DNA from: Polyangiaceae bacterium
GTDB lineage: Bacteria; Myxococcota_A; Polyangia; Polyangiales; Polyangiaceae
Direction: 5' to 3'
NCBI GenBank assembly: GCA_965222375.1
Contig: CBDCTZ010000005.1
Span: forward strand, 64,001-128,000
Length of the DNA stretch: 64,000 nucleotides
The position numbers and the translations under genes are program-made. The notes under the pieces are model-generated. The model saw only the letters and a list, made by a program, of their open reading frames with translations, was not told where the DNA came from and searched no databases. Positions 19,101 through 29,210 of the stretch are shown in pieces; within the stretch, counting starts at the first letter, position 1, and each line of letters opens with the position of its first letter.

Positions 19101-22100
19101 AGACTCGATAAACTCACCCGCCCGCAGATCGTCCTCCTTGCGAGCGGCGATCTCGCTCAAGTCGAGCAATGCTTCGGCGCGACTGGGAGCGTCCTCGTCA
19201 TCGTCTCGACCGATGACCAAGAGCAAGGCGCGATACATGCGCTCTGCGCGGTCGAATTGCTCTTCTTCGAACGCCAGCTGCGCCAATGCCTGAAGGATCC
19301 CCGGGTGCGCGGGATTGATCTTGTTGGCTACGTCCAGTTCTGCGATGGCTTCTGCGCGGCGCCCGGCACTGAGAGACACCCGAGCCAACTGGAAATGCAC
19401 CAGGGCGCGTTCTTTGGGCTTGCGCGAACCATATTGCTCTATCTGCGCTCGCAACACTTCAACCGCAGCGTCGAAATCGCCTGCACGAGAATGCGCGTCC
19501 GCCAGGGCGCGACGCACCCCGGCGTCGTCGGGCTCGATCTCCACTGCCTGGGTGAGCAGGTCGACGGCGCTGACCGGGTCGTTGCGCTTGCGCATGTGCA
19601 AGTTCGCGGCCTCCATCAGCAGTGACAACTTGCGGCCACTTTCGCTGGTGCGAGTTGCTTCCTGAGCCAGAAGCTCTGCCAGCGGTGTCCAGTCTTCGCT
19701 TTCTCGGTACAGCTCGCTGAGCCGTTGACGCACGGGCGCGGCTTCCAGCGCCGTTGCCGCGGCGGCTTCGAGGCGCAGGCGCGCGGTCTCCGGAGCGTCC
19801 GCGTGCACATAGGCTTCGGCCAGGCGCAGCGCGCGAGGCGCCAGGGTCTCTCGAGAAGATTGCGCGCACAGCCACTCGAGTACGTGCGCGGCTTCCAGCC
19901 ATTTTTCTTGAGCCTCGAGGATCCGGGCCAGGTTTTCGAGGCTACTTTCACCGCCGAGGGCGGCACCGGACTGATAGTCGACCACAGCGCGCTGCTGGTC
20001 CTCCAATTTGGTTTCGGCGATCTCCGCGGCGCGTGCGTAGAGCACCGCCGCCCGGGCGGCATCTTGCACGTCCGCCCTGCAGCGGGCCTGCTGTTCCCAC
20101 AAGGAACACAGGGCAGCGTGCGCTTCAGCCTCCTCCAGGAGGGCAGCGTAACGAGCGACGGCCCCCTGGGCGACTTCGTCCCCGGGATTCTCTTCGAACA
20201 GTTGAGCGAACAGTTCGATGGCTCGGTCGCTGTCGCCGAGTTGGTCCGACGCGATACACGCTGCGTCCTTCAGGAACGTGCGGCAGCGCACCTCGGAAAA
20301 TGGAAGCCCATGGCCCCGCACCGACAGAGCGATAACAGCCGCGTGATCGCCTTCTCCGCTGAGGCGCTGTGCGAGCTCCGTAATCGCCCACTCGGCGGCG
20401 CCCGCCGCATCCAAGGCACCACCCTCCACCGGCTCGGGCTCCGGCGCTTGCCACGCCGTGATGCTCAAATCCAGTAATTCTTCGAGTAAGGATTTGGCGC
20501 GAGGGCGGTTTTCGATTTCCGACGCGCAAACATCAACCGCGGCAGACCAGTCGTTGGCCTGTACGAAGGCAATCAGGCTCTTGGATAGCTCACCCGTCTT
20601 ACTGCGGTAGATGGTGCCCAGTTCTCCGAGTAGGCCCCGGCGCTGCTCGGGATCCGACTGTCGCTTCGCTTGCTCGGAGATGCGCTCGGTCAGCTCATCC
20701 CAGCGCGATTCCGACGACAGTAGGGCGACCAACGCCCGAAAGGTCTCCGGCGTTGCGGCATGCTCGGCTTCGATGCGTGTCCAGATCTCGATGGCTTGCG
20801 CCGGTTGGTTCAGGCGCTCCGTGTAGAGCTCCGCGACCCGCCACAAATCCTCCTGGGCCTTGTCGCCGCCACGCTCCGCTCGCTGCAGAAGGGCTTCGAC
20901 CAAGTCCGCGTACATGGCTGCGCGAGCCAGCATGTCGCATAGGCCGTCGAGGGCTTCGGCGTCCGAGGCATCGTCCTCCAGCCGCATGCGGAAGCAGCGC
21001 ACTGCGCGAGCCAGATCGTCCAGGCGGATGGCAGCGACCTCGGCCACGTTGCCGAGGGCAACGCGCCGCTCGGCGTCATCCCCGGTCAAAGACGCCAGCC
21101 CCTCGAGCACGTCGGCACGCTCGGCGTGGCGGCCGGCCCGGTCCAAGAGCGGGTCCAGGGCACGCGAGGCCGTGAGCGCCACTGTGGGGTCATCGGCGGA
21201 CAAGCGCAGCGCTCGCTCGAATAGTTCGATGGCCTGCGGCACGTCATCGAGATCGTCCCGGCGCACCTGGGCCGCTTCCAAGACCAACGTGCGTTGAATG
21301 CCGCGATCTTCCGAGCCATCTGCGACGGTGACGAGTACTTCGGCGCGCCGCTCCGCCAAACCCAACTCGCCGGCGAGCTTGCCGAGCTGCTCGCGGTAGC
21401 CTGCTTGCTCCGGAGCGAGCCCGACCAATTGGGCCGCGGGTTCGAAAGCGCCGGCCGTGTCACCTAGCTCCTTGAGCCGGAGCTGGACCAGGTCTTCCAA
21501 GCCGCCGATGCGCTCTTCCGGCGACTCCGCAAGTTCGAGCTCGATCTCGACCATGCGCGCAACATCTTCGACCGCGCCAGCCTGCACGTAGCCTTGTTTG
21601 AGCCGCTCAGCCGCCGCGTGGCGAACACTCAGCGCCCGCTTGCGCTGCTTCTGGTTATTGCTTTCGGGGGCAATGCTCTCCCGGGCACTGGGCAAGGCCA
21701 CGAGTCGCTCCAGAAGTTCGCGAGTCGTGTCAGGTGAGCAGCCGTCCTCGGTGAGCACCTCGATCGTCTCGTAGGCTTTGATCGGGTCGTTCAAGTCCAG
21801 CCACAGTCCGGCGATTCGCACCTGAAGCTCTCGAACGGCGTCTTCGTCCGCACCATCCAGACGCCCTTCAAGCAAGGCGATCAGCGGCTCGAGGCGCTCT
21901 TCTCGCTCGTACAAGCGCTCCAGTGCTGCTCCCGTCCTCTCGTCGTCCGGCGTGAGCTGAAACAGTCCTTCTAGGTACACGATGGCTCGTTCCGCGTCCG
22001 ACGCGAAGTCCTTCGCCGCCATGGACGCCTCACGCAACAGCTCGACGCGTTCCGCCTCGACCTGAGTGCGCTCCAACGCGCCATCGTAGAGCTGGAAAAG

Positions 22101-25100
22101 GTCGTCCCAACGTCCAGCAGCATTGAAGGCCAGCTTCAAGCGGTCGAAGGCCCAACTCGCGCCGGGACTCAGGGACAGCACCTTCTTCAGCAGCGCAACG
22201 ACGCGCTCGGAATCGTCGAACCACTCCTCGGTAAATTCGACCATGCGGCGCCCCAGTTCTTCCGCGAGTTCGGAGTCCAAAGGCGCATCCAAAGCACGCG
22301 AATACGCGTCGGCGAGGGGCTCGGGCTGGTTTAGCTTGCGGGCTGCGCGTTCGGCGGCATCCCAAAGCTGCTCCTCCTGGGGGCGCTCCAACGCGCCATC
22401 CAGCGCAATCTTGAGTCGCGCTTCGTCGTCATCCGGCGTGCATTCCAACAGCTGTGCAAACCATCGTCCGCGGGAATCGAGCAGCTCTTCCACGCCCTCG
22501 CTGATGGTGAGCAAGGATTCGAGCATTTCACGCTTCTCGGCTTCGGTCTCGACGTTCTGCACGAGTCGTTCGAGCAGCTTGGCCGCTTTGGGTCGGGCGT
22601 CGTCGTGCTCCAGAGCGCGCTTGACCAAGTCCAGGGCGCCCGAGTCGTGAGGCGCCTCATCCAAGATCCCCTCCACCAAGTCCAAGCACTCGTCGGCGCG
22701 CCCCAAGTCCAGAAGCAGGGTGGCCATCGTCGTGTCCACGGACAGTCTGCCCTCCGCATCCCCGCGCTCTCTGAGCTCTGCGAGGGTGTGCAGCGCACCT
22801 TCCGGATCCCCGGCTGCAGCGCGCAGGCGAGCTAGTTGCGATAGCGCATCAATCCGCTCCGGATCGAGCTCCAGGACGCGCTCGTAGGCACGGATGGCGT
22901 GGGGGATGCTCCCAAAAGTCGTCTCTTCCGTGACGCCCCAAGCCATCAGCACTGTCACGGGGTCCGAAGCGTGTTTGACACGCCACTCGAACAGGAAACG
23001 GCGGTCTTCGACTCGCCCGTTGGTCAGTTCCCCACCGGCAAGGAATACGTTGAACGCGTCCGCGACCTGTTGAATGTCGTCGGCATCTTCGCTCAGCAGC
23101 TGGCGATAGACTTGGGAGACTTCGTCGCGACGAGATTCCACATTGGACAGTGTCCGCGCCTTGCAGGAAAGCAGTGCGCGAGCTTTGGGCGAGCTGGCCT
23201 GTTGTGTGGCGAGCACTTGGTCAACCAGCTCAGCCATGATCTCCGTCGCCCCGGCGGCCACGGAAGCTGGCTCCAGACCGAGCACGATCGCCGTGGAGTC
23301 CGTGTCTTCGGCGGCTCCGGCAAGCATCGCGGACAACGCCCCGGGCACCTTGGACCACTCGCCCGCGCGAGAATACAGCTCCACCAGACGCCGCGCAGCG
23401 CCGGCATCGGATGGGGACACGGAAAGCACGCGCTCATACAGACGCCGGGCACGCTCATCGTCCCTACCCGCTTCGGCCAGCGTAGCCCCCTCCATCCAAG
23501 CCTCGCGAGCCGGGACGCTTTCGTCGAGCTGCTGAGACAACACGATCCCAAGCTTTTCGAGCAGGGCGCTTTTTTCCTCCGGTGCGGCGACGTCTACACG
23601 ACGAGTCAGTACCGCGCGCAATGTGGGTGCGTCCGCGTTCGCGTTGGCCAAAAGCTCGATGTTCTCGAGTTGGGCGTCGTCGAGTTCGGCGTCCTGGAGC
23701 AGCTCACGGTAGTGGGCCAGAGCCCGCTGCGGGTCGCCCGCCTCGGCTGAAACTTCCGCCATTCGCGCCCGGACCTGCACACCGCGCTCAGCGTCCGCAT
23801 GGCCGAGCACGCGCTCCAACTCGGCATAGAGCTCCCCCCAATCCCGCCGCTGTGCGTACAGATCCGCCAGGGCCTGATGGGCGACAAAGTCCTTCGGATC
23901 ATCTTCCAGTGCCGTCTTCCAGGTCGTCACGGCAGCAGCAACGTCTGCCAACTCGCCGGACTGCAGCTTCGCTAGGGAGTGCAGGATTTGGCGGCGTCGC
24001 CGCGCGTCGCCAGGTTGCGCCAACGCAGAGCGGTACAGGTTGAGCCGCTCCTCCGGATTGCCCTGCTCGGCGAGTAGTTCGTCGACCCGCGACAACAGTT
24101 GGCCATCGCTGGGCGCGAAGCTCAGCGCGCGGCGTAGCAAGCCCACCGCTCGTTCCAGGGCGCCTGCCTCGGCGAGGGCTTCACCGGCCGCTCGGGCGAG
24201 TTCGAAGTGCGCTTCGGAGCTGATTTCTCGATCCCCCAGGGCGCCGGCAAGGGCCTCCGAGCGGGGCCCGGGAGCGCCGAGCTTTTCCCCGAAGGACTCG
24301 ACCAGGCCGAGCCAGGAGTGGATCTCCACTCCGCTATCCAGCGCCACGCTCAAGGCGCGCGCGGCGATCTGCAAACCTCGCTCGGAGTCTTCCAGCGCCG
24401 TGTCAGCAAGCTGGGCAGCTTCTGCCAGGTTAGCGAGTGCGGCCTGTGCGTCGTCGGCAACGGCTGCCTTGGCTTCCAACACGCGAACCAGGCCCGGACC
24501 TGGCGCGTCCTCCCGATAAACGGGCTCCAAAACCTGAATCGCCGCGGCGCGAGTCTCCTCTGCTGCGAGCAGCTTTTCCAGAGCTTGTCTAACACCGCGC
24601 TCGGACGGATCGGTCTCGAGGGCGCGACGGTAGGCGTCCATGCCGCCTTCAACGTCGTCCAAATAGGACAGCCTTATCTGCGCCAGCCTGTTTAGCAGAG
24701 CTGGCCACTCCTCCAGAGGGGACAGCTCGATCTCGCGTTCCAGGACCCAGGCCAGCTCCTTCCACTGTTGCTCCTGCTCCAGCAAAGGGATCATCTTCGC
24801 GTGAGCGTCTCGGGTGGATCCGTACTGCGCGATGAAGGCTCGCCACGCACCCAAGGCCTCGGCCCGATCGCTGCCCTGACTCGTGCGTAGCTCCGCCGCG
24901 CGGAGAGCCAGCTCTCGGGCGTCTTCCGGGTTTTTCGCTCGAGCCGCTCGCTTCTCCAATACCTCCACCATCCGTTGGTGGTCGCCACTGGCTTCGCAAA
25001 GGGCGGTCAACCGAGTCAGTGCCTCATCCGCCCAGGGCGAGTCCACGAGCGCGGTCCAAGCCGTCATCGCACGCGCGGTATCGCCGAGCTCTCCTTCGGC

Positions 25101-26516
25101 GAGCTTCGCAAGACGCCGCGCCGCTGCCTGCCGTGCTTCCGCGTCGGGCTCAAAACGGACGCAGGCATCCAGAGCGTTAGTGAGGCCGTGCATGTCGCCG
25201 CTTTCAGCGAACAAATCCACGAGCTGGCGGGCCGCGACGAGCATTGCGCGGTCGTCCTCGCCGCCGTCCAAGACTTCCTGAAACGCCGCCTGGGCCCGCT
25301 TCACATCGCCGGAACGCATGTACACGGTGCCAATGTCGGCGCCTACGCGAGCCCGGATAGGGGGCTCTTTGCAAGACGCCAAGGCACGAGCTAGGAGCCG
25401 GGCGGCATCGCTGGGCTGATCCAAACTCAGCGCCAAGTCGACGTAGGCCTCACGCACGTCGTCGGCACCCGGGTCAGCCGCTACCACTGGGCCGAGCAGC
25501 GCCAACGCACCTGTTGGGTCACCCTGCTCGCGCCGCAGCATGCCCAAACGTCGCTGGACCTCGAGGCGGCGGGGTCCGCGCGCAAGTTTCAATTCCATGT
25601 TGAGCAGCTCGAGCTCTCGCGCCGTGGCGCCCAGCTTCCCGTAAGCGTCACTCAGGGCAGCCGCGACCCGGCCGGCCACCGCGCGATTTTCCAGCAACGA
25701 CTCGGCCACGGACAGCGCCCGCTCGTGGTCGGGCCGAGTGGCCAGGATGGCTTCAAGATGCGGTACGGCCCGATGCGGCTCCTTGGTGGCGTCCGTATAC
25801 AAGTCCACCAAGTGATCGTGGACCTGAAACGCTTCGTCCTCGCTAGGAGGAGGGTCCCGGAGCAGCGCCTGCTCCAGCACTTTCGTCGCCTCCCGCGGCT
25901 TGCCAAGGGCAAGGTAGGCCCGCTCCAGCGCCTCCCGGGCATCCGAATCCGCAGGATCGGCGCGAAGGATCTTCTGGGTCACCTCGACAATTAGCTCTTC
26001 GACTCCTTCGACGCCGGCCAGTTCGGCGTGGGCCCGCCGCAAGTGGCCCAGCTGGATCTCCGAATCGCGATCATGTCGGGCGAGTTCAGCGAAGAACTTG
26101 GCGAGGCGAGTGCGGTCGCCGATTTGGGTCAGCAACGCCTCCAACATGGCTTGGGCGTCCGCATTGGTCGGCGTGGCCGCCAAGGCGCGCTCCGCAAACG
26201 CAACGGCGCCGTCAGGGTCACCGAAGGACTCGGCGAAGTAGTTCGACGCGTTCAAATATATCGTCGACTGGACCTCAGGCGAAACGAGCTTGATGCGTCG
26301 GTCCTGAGCGACATGCTCGTAGGCGAACGCGAGATCAGCGGCCTTGTCGTCACGAGTTGCAACTGCGTGCAGTTTAGCCCACAGCTCCGGGAGCAATTGT
26401 CCTTTCGCTGCCGCTGTCACCAGCGCGTCCAAAATGGGTTCGGGCGACTCGAGGGGAGCGTCCATCAAGCCGTCGAGCTCTTCGACCCTGAGAACGCGCG
26501 ACGAGCCTCGTGCCAT
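16092..26516 (-). CDS. Giant (~3,470 aa) acidic TPR-repeat protein, AgmK-like myxobacterial family
   Basis: Uninterrupted 10.4-kb ORF of helical TPR-like repeats (e.g. AYERVLELDP, LERLYERE). ATG 26516 is preceded by AGAGG. Confidence 0.9.
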   Translation of the reverse strand: MARGSSRVLRVEELDGLMDAPLESPEPILDALVTAAAKGQLLPELWAKLHAVATRDDKAADLAFAYEHVAQDRRIKLVSPEVQSTIYLNASNYFAESFGDPDGAVAFAERALAATPTNADAQAMLEALLTQIGDRTRLAKFFAELARHDRDSEIQLGHLRRAHAELAGVEGVEELIVEVTQKILRADPADSDAREALERAYLALGKPREATKVLEQALLRDPPPSEDEAFQVHDHLVDLYTDATKEPHRAVPHLEAILATRPDHERALSVAESLLENRAVAGRVAAALSDAYGKLGATARELELLNMELKLARGPRRLEVQRRLGMLRREQGDPTGALALLGPVVAADPGADDVREAYVDLALSLDQPSDAARLLARALASCKEPPIRARVGADIGTVYMRSGDVKRAQAAFQEVLDGGEDDRAMLVAARQLVDLFAESGDMHGLTNALDACVRFEPDAEARQAAARRLAKLAEGELGDTARAMTAWTALVDSPWADEALTRLTALCEASGDHQRMVEVLEKRAARAKNPEDARELALRAAELRTSQGSDRAEALGAWRAFIAQYGSTRDAHAKMIPLLEQEQQWKELAWVLEREIELSPLEEWPALLNRLAQIRLSYLDDVEGGMDAYRRALETDPSERGVRQALEKLLAAEETRAAAIQVLEPVYREDAPGPGLVRVLEAKAAVADDAQAALANLAEAAQLADTALEDSERGLQIAARALSVALDSGVEIHSWLGLVESFGEKLGAPGPRSEALAGALGDREISSEAHFELARAAGEALAEAGALERAVGLLRRALSFAPSDGQLLSRVDELLAEQGNPEERLNLYRSALAQPGDARRRRQILHSLAKLQSGELADVAAAVTTWKTALEDDPKDFVAHQALADLYAQRRDWGELYAELERVLGHADAERGVQVRARMAEVSAEAGDPQRALAHYRELLQDAELDDAQLENIELLANANADAPTLRAVLTRRVDVAAPEEKSALLEKLGIVLSQQLDESVPAREAWMEGATLAEAGRDDERARRLYERVLSVSPSDAGAARRLVELYSRAGEWSKVPGALSAMLAGAAEDTDSTAIVLGLEPASVAAGATEIMAELVDQVLATQQASSPKARALLSCKARTLSNVESRRDEVSQVYRQLLSEDADDIQQVADAFNVFLAGGELTNGRVEDRRFLFEWRVKHASDPVTVLMAWGVTEETTFGSIPHAIRAYERVLELDPERIDALSQLARLRAAAGDPEGALHTLAELRERGDAEGRLSVDTTMATLLLDLGRADECLDLVEGILDEAPHDSGALDLVKRALEHDDARPKAAKLLERLVQNVETEAEKREMLESLLTISEGVEELLDSRGRWFAQLLECTPDDDEARLKIALDGALERPQEEQLWDAAERAARKLNQPEPLADAYSRALDAPLDSELAEELGRRMVEFTEEWFDDSERVVALLKKVLSLSPGASWAFDRLKLAFNAAGRWDDLFQLYDGALERTQVEAERVELLREASMAAKDFASDAERAIVYLEGLFQLTPDDERTGAALERLYEREERLEPLIALLEGRLDGADEDAVRELQVRIAGLWLDLNDPIKAYETIEVLTEDGCSPDTTRELLERLVALPSARESIAPESNNQKQRKRALSVRHAAAERLKQGYVQAGAVEDVARMVEIELELAESPEERIGGLEDLVQLRLKELGDTAGAFEPAAQLVGLAPEQAGYREQLGKLAGELGLAERRAEVLVTVADGSEDRGIQRTLVLEAAQVRRDDLDDVPQAIELFERALRLSADDPTVALTASRALDPLLDRAGRHAERADVLEGLASLTGDDAERRVALGNVAEVAAIRLDDLARAVRCFRMRLEDDASDAEALDGLCDMLARAAMYADLVEALLQRAERGGDKAQEDLWRVAELYTERLNQPAQAIEIWTRIEAEHAATPETFRALVALLSSESRWDELTERISEQAKRQSDPEQRRGLLGELGTIYRSKTGELSKSLIAFVQANDWSAAVDVCASEIENRPRAKSLLEELLDLSITAWQAPEPEPVEGGALDAAGAAEWAITELAQRLSGEGDHAAVIALSVRGHGLPFSEVRCRTFLKDAACIASDQLGDSDRAIELFAQLFEENPGDEVAQGAVARYAALLEEAEAHAALCSLWEQQARCRADVQDAARAAVLYARAAEIAETKLEDQQRAVVDYQSGAALGGESSLENLARILEAQEKWLEAAHVLEWLCAQSSRETLAPRALRLAEAYVHADAPETARLRLEAAAATALEAAPVRQRLSELYRESEDWTPLAELLAQEATRTSESGRKLSLLMEAANLHMRKRNDPVSAVDLLTQAVEIEPDDAGVRRALADAHSRAGDFDAAVEVLRAQIEQYGSRKPKERALVHFQLARVSLSAGRRAEAIAELDVANKINPAHPGILQALAQLAFEEEQFDRAERMYRALLLVIGRDDDEDAPSRAEALLDLSEIAARKEDDLRAGEFIESAFEAALESERESEALESALGTRKRYDLLSRAVESRLERAPNAETAARALSDLAFLYAEHLGGLTAVEDRLRERAGELEGELSSTGASDDRAWEALSRVFDWLGDADAEAKVLEHRIASGGRPKATRAGAEPYYRLAAIYFASGEQGERAVEVLERALELCADVNRAEQLLRGALAEQADDERVVALFERVARSTGDAKKLVDALVLLARLPTAGIEVIREGVELTDALEEHALSKELLESGLAMASRLSDADGAWVRMELSRRLEAAGVLPRALDLREQAAPLLDPAAARAAWLDVAARVRGELSDLTRAATIYERLLEQEPADREVWQPLLEIYREQSDSEKLVRVLEQTVTLVDSSEDRARLRLEQANILLDQQQSEAAADILREILEEDPAHARASELLTELYEGQGKTDELVSLYVTRVDSAKDRQDAAVIADTSLKLGTLLERLERPDDAFDAYYAVTDWERNNEDIWRALLRLAEGREDPYLVAETLEGLLGVLGGDEALTITERLLEARRELMDEEGAERALELGFIACPDNEELREPLLQRCVEQGDLSRATRLLAQAVAHSSDRALVTRLVETALQANEPREALGAVDQLLEASPEDQELSFSRAQLLEADDQVEEAVAAYEAAAALDVDVSGPLAGALERAILRAEPPADRELSIKLVELFESTGNVEAARARLNEMLKESPKDAALWHKLAELEVTGEYWDGAATAYRKLIALTDGDDLVNTALWLAHSCEQAGRPADARGGLERAFGVAPEREDLRERLVHLYTLIEEYRALAELLLAQAESEQDINTRHGLLLTAGSQLLFAEDGAEDGLRVLEEARSLSPESVEGSVAYARGLAVVGRGEEAMALLNEIIAGYKGRRNPALGIVYRQVSELQLGGGLLHEALGSMTKAFEMDMKNPLVALELGQLALDLDDQDTAGRAFRAVTMLRPGGDDTHEAVSPDQRAHAQYQLALMAKNQGDVRRAKVMVNKALSENPEHGPAQELKAELDSA

Positions 26517-26723
26517 TTTGCCTCTTCTACTCCGGTAAAAAACGACGTCAGTTGGGCTACTTACGCTATCAGAAGCAGCGCGAATTGGGGGGCTGTTCCA
26601 CGGCAAGACAGACACTGAGGCACGCACCCCTGAACACCTGACGACCGGCTCGTTGCCGCGTCCTCGGAAGCTTGCCCAGACCCTTGGTTGTTAGGCAGGT
26701 TTCGAACGCCGTATCCTCGCAGA

Positions 26724-27182
26724 ATGATGTCACGCGTTTCTCTACGTCTCGGGGTCTTTGCGAGCGTCTTGGTTTCCCTCACGCCGGTCGTCGGCGCGTC
26801 TGAACCGGCCGCACGCTTCCCGGCGGCGCAACCCGTGCCCCTCGCCGCCCGCGTCGCGATGTTGGAGGGGAAAGTTCATGGCCTGGAGCGCCGGCTCCGC
26901 CAGCTGGAGAAGGCGGCGCCGGGGCGCCGAGCCGACGGCAGCTACCAGTTCGACGCCAATGGCGCCCGCGTGGTTGTGAGTCCCAAGGGAGCGGTGACCA
27001 CGACGCGAACGCCGCCCGATGCAAACGAGGCACGCCCACGACCCGATTGTGATCCGCCCTATGAGATCGACGCCCGCGGCATCCGCTCGATCAAGGTCGA
27101 GTGCCTCGAGGTTTCCGAATGCGATCCACCCTACAGCGTAGACGCATCGGGGATCCGCCGACCCAAAGCCAACTGCCCCTGA
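26724..27182 (+). CDS. Secreted hypothetical protein with a coiled coil and two CDPPY-x-(I/V)DA-x-GIR repeats
   Basis: Signal-like N-terminus. CDPPYEIDARGIRSIKVEC and CDPPYSVDASGIRRPKANC. Confidence 0.7.
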   Translation: MMSRVSLRLGVFASVLVSLTPVVGASEPAARFPAAQPVPLAARVAMLEGKVHGLERRLRQLEKAAPGRRADGSYQFDANGARVVVSPKGAVTTTRTPPDANEARPRPDCDPPYEIDARGIRSIKVECLEVSECDPPYSVDASGIRRPKANCP

Positions 27183-27188
27183 GCGCCG

Positions 27189-27824
27189 CTACTTCGTGCC
27201 GTATAGGCGATCGCCAGCGTCACCCAGGCCCGGCAGGATGTACCCGTGGTCGTTCAGGCGATCGTCGACTGCCGGTGTGTAGATGGGCACATCCGGATGC
27301 GCGTCACTCAGACATGCCACACCCTCCGGCGCGGCAAGCAGACACATGTATTTCAGGGTGCGGGGCTGAGTCTTCTTGACCCGAGCGATAGCAGCCGCGG
27401 CGCTATTGCCCGTCGCCAGCATCGGATCCATCACGATCACGTCCCGGTCTGACATCTCACTGGGGACCTTGAAATAGTACTCGACGGGCTGCAGCGTGTT
27501 GGGGTCACGATACAGGCCAATGTGGCCCACCCGCGCCGAGGGGATTAGCTTGAGCACGCCGTCCAACATACCCGTCCCCGCGCGAAGTACACTGATGAGC
27601 ACGACCTTCTTGCCATCCAGCATCGGCGCCCGCATGTGCATCAAGGGCGTCTCGATTTCGACTTCCTTGGTCGGCATGTCCCGGGTCACCTCATAGGCCA
27701 TCAGCATCGACAACTCCTGAAGCGCTGCACGGAACTTGGACGTGCTCGTGTCCTTCTTTCGCATCAGCGTGAGCTTGTGTGCGATGAGCGGATGCGTGAT
27801 GACAAACACGTTCTTTCGGTCCAT
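27189..27824 (-). CDS. upp: Uracil phosphoribosyltransferase
   Basis: [22 protein letters not shown] and [18 protein letters not shown] motifs. AGGAG SD. Confidence 0.97.
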   Translation of the reverse strand: MDRKNVFVITHPLIAHKLTLMRKKDTSTSKFRAALQELSMLMAYEVTRDMPTKEVEIETPLMHMRAPMLDGKKVVLISVLRAGTGMLDGVLKLIPSARVGHIGLYRDPNTLQPVEYYFKVPSEMSDRDVIVMDPMLATGNSAAAAIARVKKTQPRTLKYMCLLAAPEGVACLSDAHPDVPIYTPAVDDRLNDHGYILPGLGDAGDRLYGTK

Positions 27825-27898
27825 CTGGTCTCCTTGCCGAGCTTCAGCCCGTATTAGCTCATCCCGCGCCGAGGGTGGCTGCGGCGTTCTTGCCGAGT

Positions 27899-28303
27899 TC
27901 AGTAGCCGAGGTCGAGGGCGCCGTATTCCGCATCGGCTCCCGCGTCCGCGGGTTCAGGCGGCCGCTTGCTCACCCAGGGGTCAACGGGCTTCGTCTCGCG
28001 AGCCCAGCCCCAGTTGGGCTGGGCGGGCGGCGCGTAGCGGGGCCCGTAGCGCGGCCGCCGGCAGCGGGCCAGGTATCGACCATGCTGTCGTGAAACGGTC
28101 CAGTATAGCTCATAACCCGCCTGGCAGCGCCGTCCGACCAGGCGGTAGCACTCGGCCTCGCTGCCTCTGCAGTCCACATGCAGCATAGGAGTGCCGTCCG
28201 GGCCTTGTATCTCCTGAATGCTCGGTTGCGATCGCGCCGCGCACGCCGACCCAACACTCAAGGACAGCCCCAACGCACAGAGTAGCCATTTAGCGGCAGA
28301 CAC
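27899..28303 (-). CDS. Hypothetical lipoprotein
   Basis: GTG start overlaps the upstream gene end. Hydrophobic stretch plus GSAC lipobox and a Cys-containing domain (GPDG...C...C...C..GY). Confidence 0.6.
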   Translation of the reverse strand: MSAAKWLLCALGLSLSVGSACAARSQPSIQEIQGPDGTPMLHVDCRGSEAECYRLVGRRCQAGYELYWTVSRQHGRYLARCRRPRYGPRYAPPAQPNWGWARETKPVDPWVSKRPPEPADAGADAEYGALDLGY

Positions 28304-29210
28304 GGTTCTTTCCAGCCTGCTTTGCCCGGTACAGGGCTTCATCCGCCCGCTGGAATAGCGCATGAGCGGTGGGCGCGTCTGCAGGAAACGTCGCGACACC
28401 AATTGAAATACCGGGTCGCAGTGGGATGCCATCCTTTTCGAAAGAGAATTCGTTGATGCATTGGCGGATTTCCTCGCCGACCGCAACGCCTTGTTCGACG
28501 TTCATGTTCGGCAACGCAGCCAGATACTCGTCACCTCCAAAACGGCAGGCAATGCCGCGCTGGCCCAGCAGCTGCCCGATGAGCTTGCCTGATTGACCGA
28601 TCACGTAGGCGCCGAATAGGTGTCCATGGGTGTCGTTGATGCGCTTGACACCATCGAGGTCCATCACCAACAAGACCACGCTCTGCCCCCTGCTCCGAGC
28701 CGCTTCGATCAGTTGGCCGAGTTCCGCATCGAACTTCCGACGCACGAATAGCCCGGACAGGTCGTCGGTGTTGAGCAGCTTTTCGACGGCCTTGTTATAG
28801 GCTTGCGCTGCACCGTCCTGCAGTTCGAACCGGGCCACCGTCGAGCCAAACACCAGTGTGTCTCCGGGCGCTACTTGAGCATCCTCCGCCGGGCTGCCGT
28901 TGAGCATCACTCCGTTCGTGCTGCCCAAATCGACCACCGCCCACCCGTCACCGCGATCCTCGAGGCGCGCGTGGTGCCAGGACACTAGTCCATCGGTCAA
29001 GCACAGACCCGCGTCGGGGTCTCGACCGACCACGAGGGTTCGGTCGACGACAACGCGACGCCCCACATCTGTCTCGTTCCCATTGAGCACCACGAGCACG
29101 GGCCGATGTGGCTCCTTCACCCGGCGCATGACCTCGCTAGATACATCCGCGTTCGCTTTCAGCGTCCGCGGAAATCCCGCTGGGCGTCCACTACCGTCCG
29201 TGCTCGCCAC
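28290..29210 (-). CDS. FHA-domain GGDEF-family dinucleotide cyclase (GGDEY variant)
   Basis: FHA (VGR...VSWHHA...DLGSTNG). GGDEF domain with [27 protein letters not shown] and [12 protein letters not shown]. Confidence 0.92.
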   Translation of the reverse strand: MASTDGSGRPAGFPRTLKANADVSSEVMRRVKEPHRPVLVVLNGNETDVGRRVVVDRTLVVGRDPDAGLCLTDGLVSWHHARLEDRGDGWAVVDLGSTNGVMLNGSPAEDAQVAPGDTLVFGSTVARFELQDGAAQAYNKAVEKLLNTDDLSGLFVRRKFDAELGQLIEAARSRGQSVVLLVMDLDGVKRINDTHGHLFGAYVIGQSGKLIGQLLGQRGIACRFGGDEYLAALPNMNVEQGVAVGEEIRQCINEFSFEKDGIPLRPGISIGVATFPADAPTAHALFQRADEALYRAKQAGKNRVCR

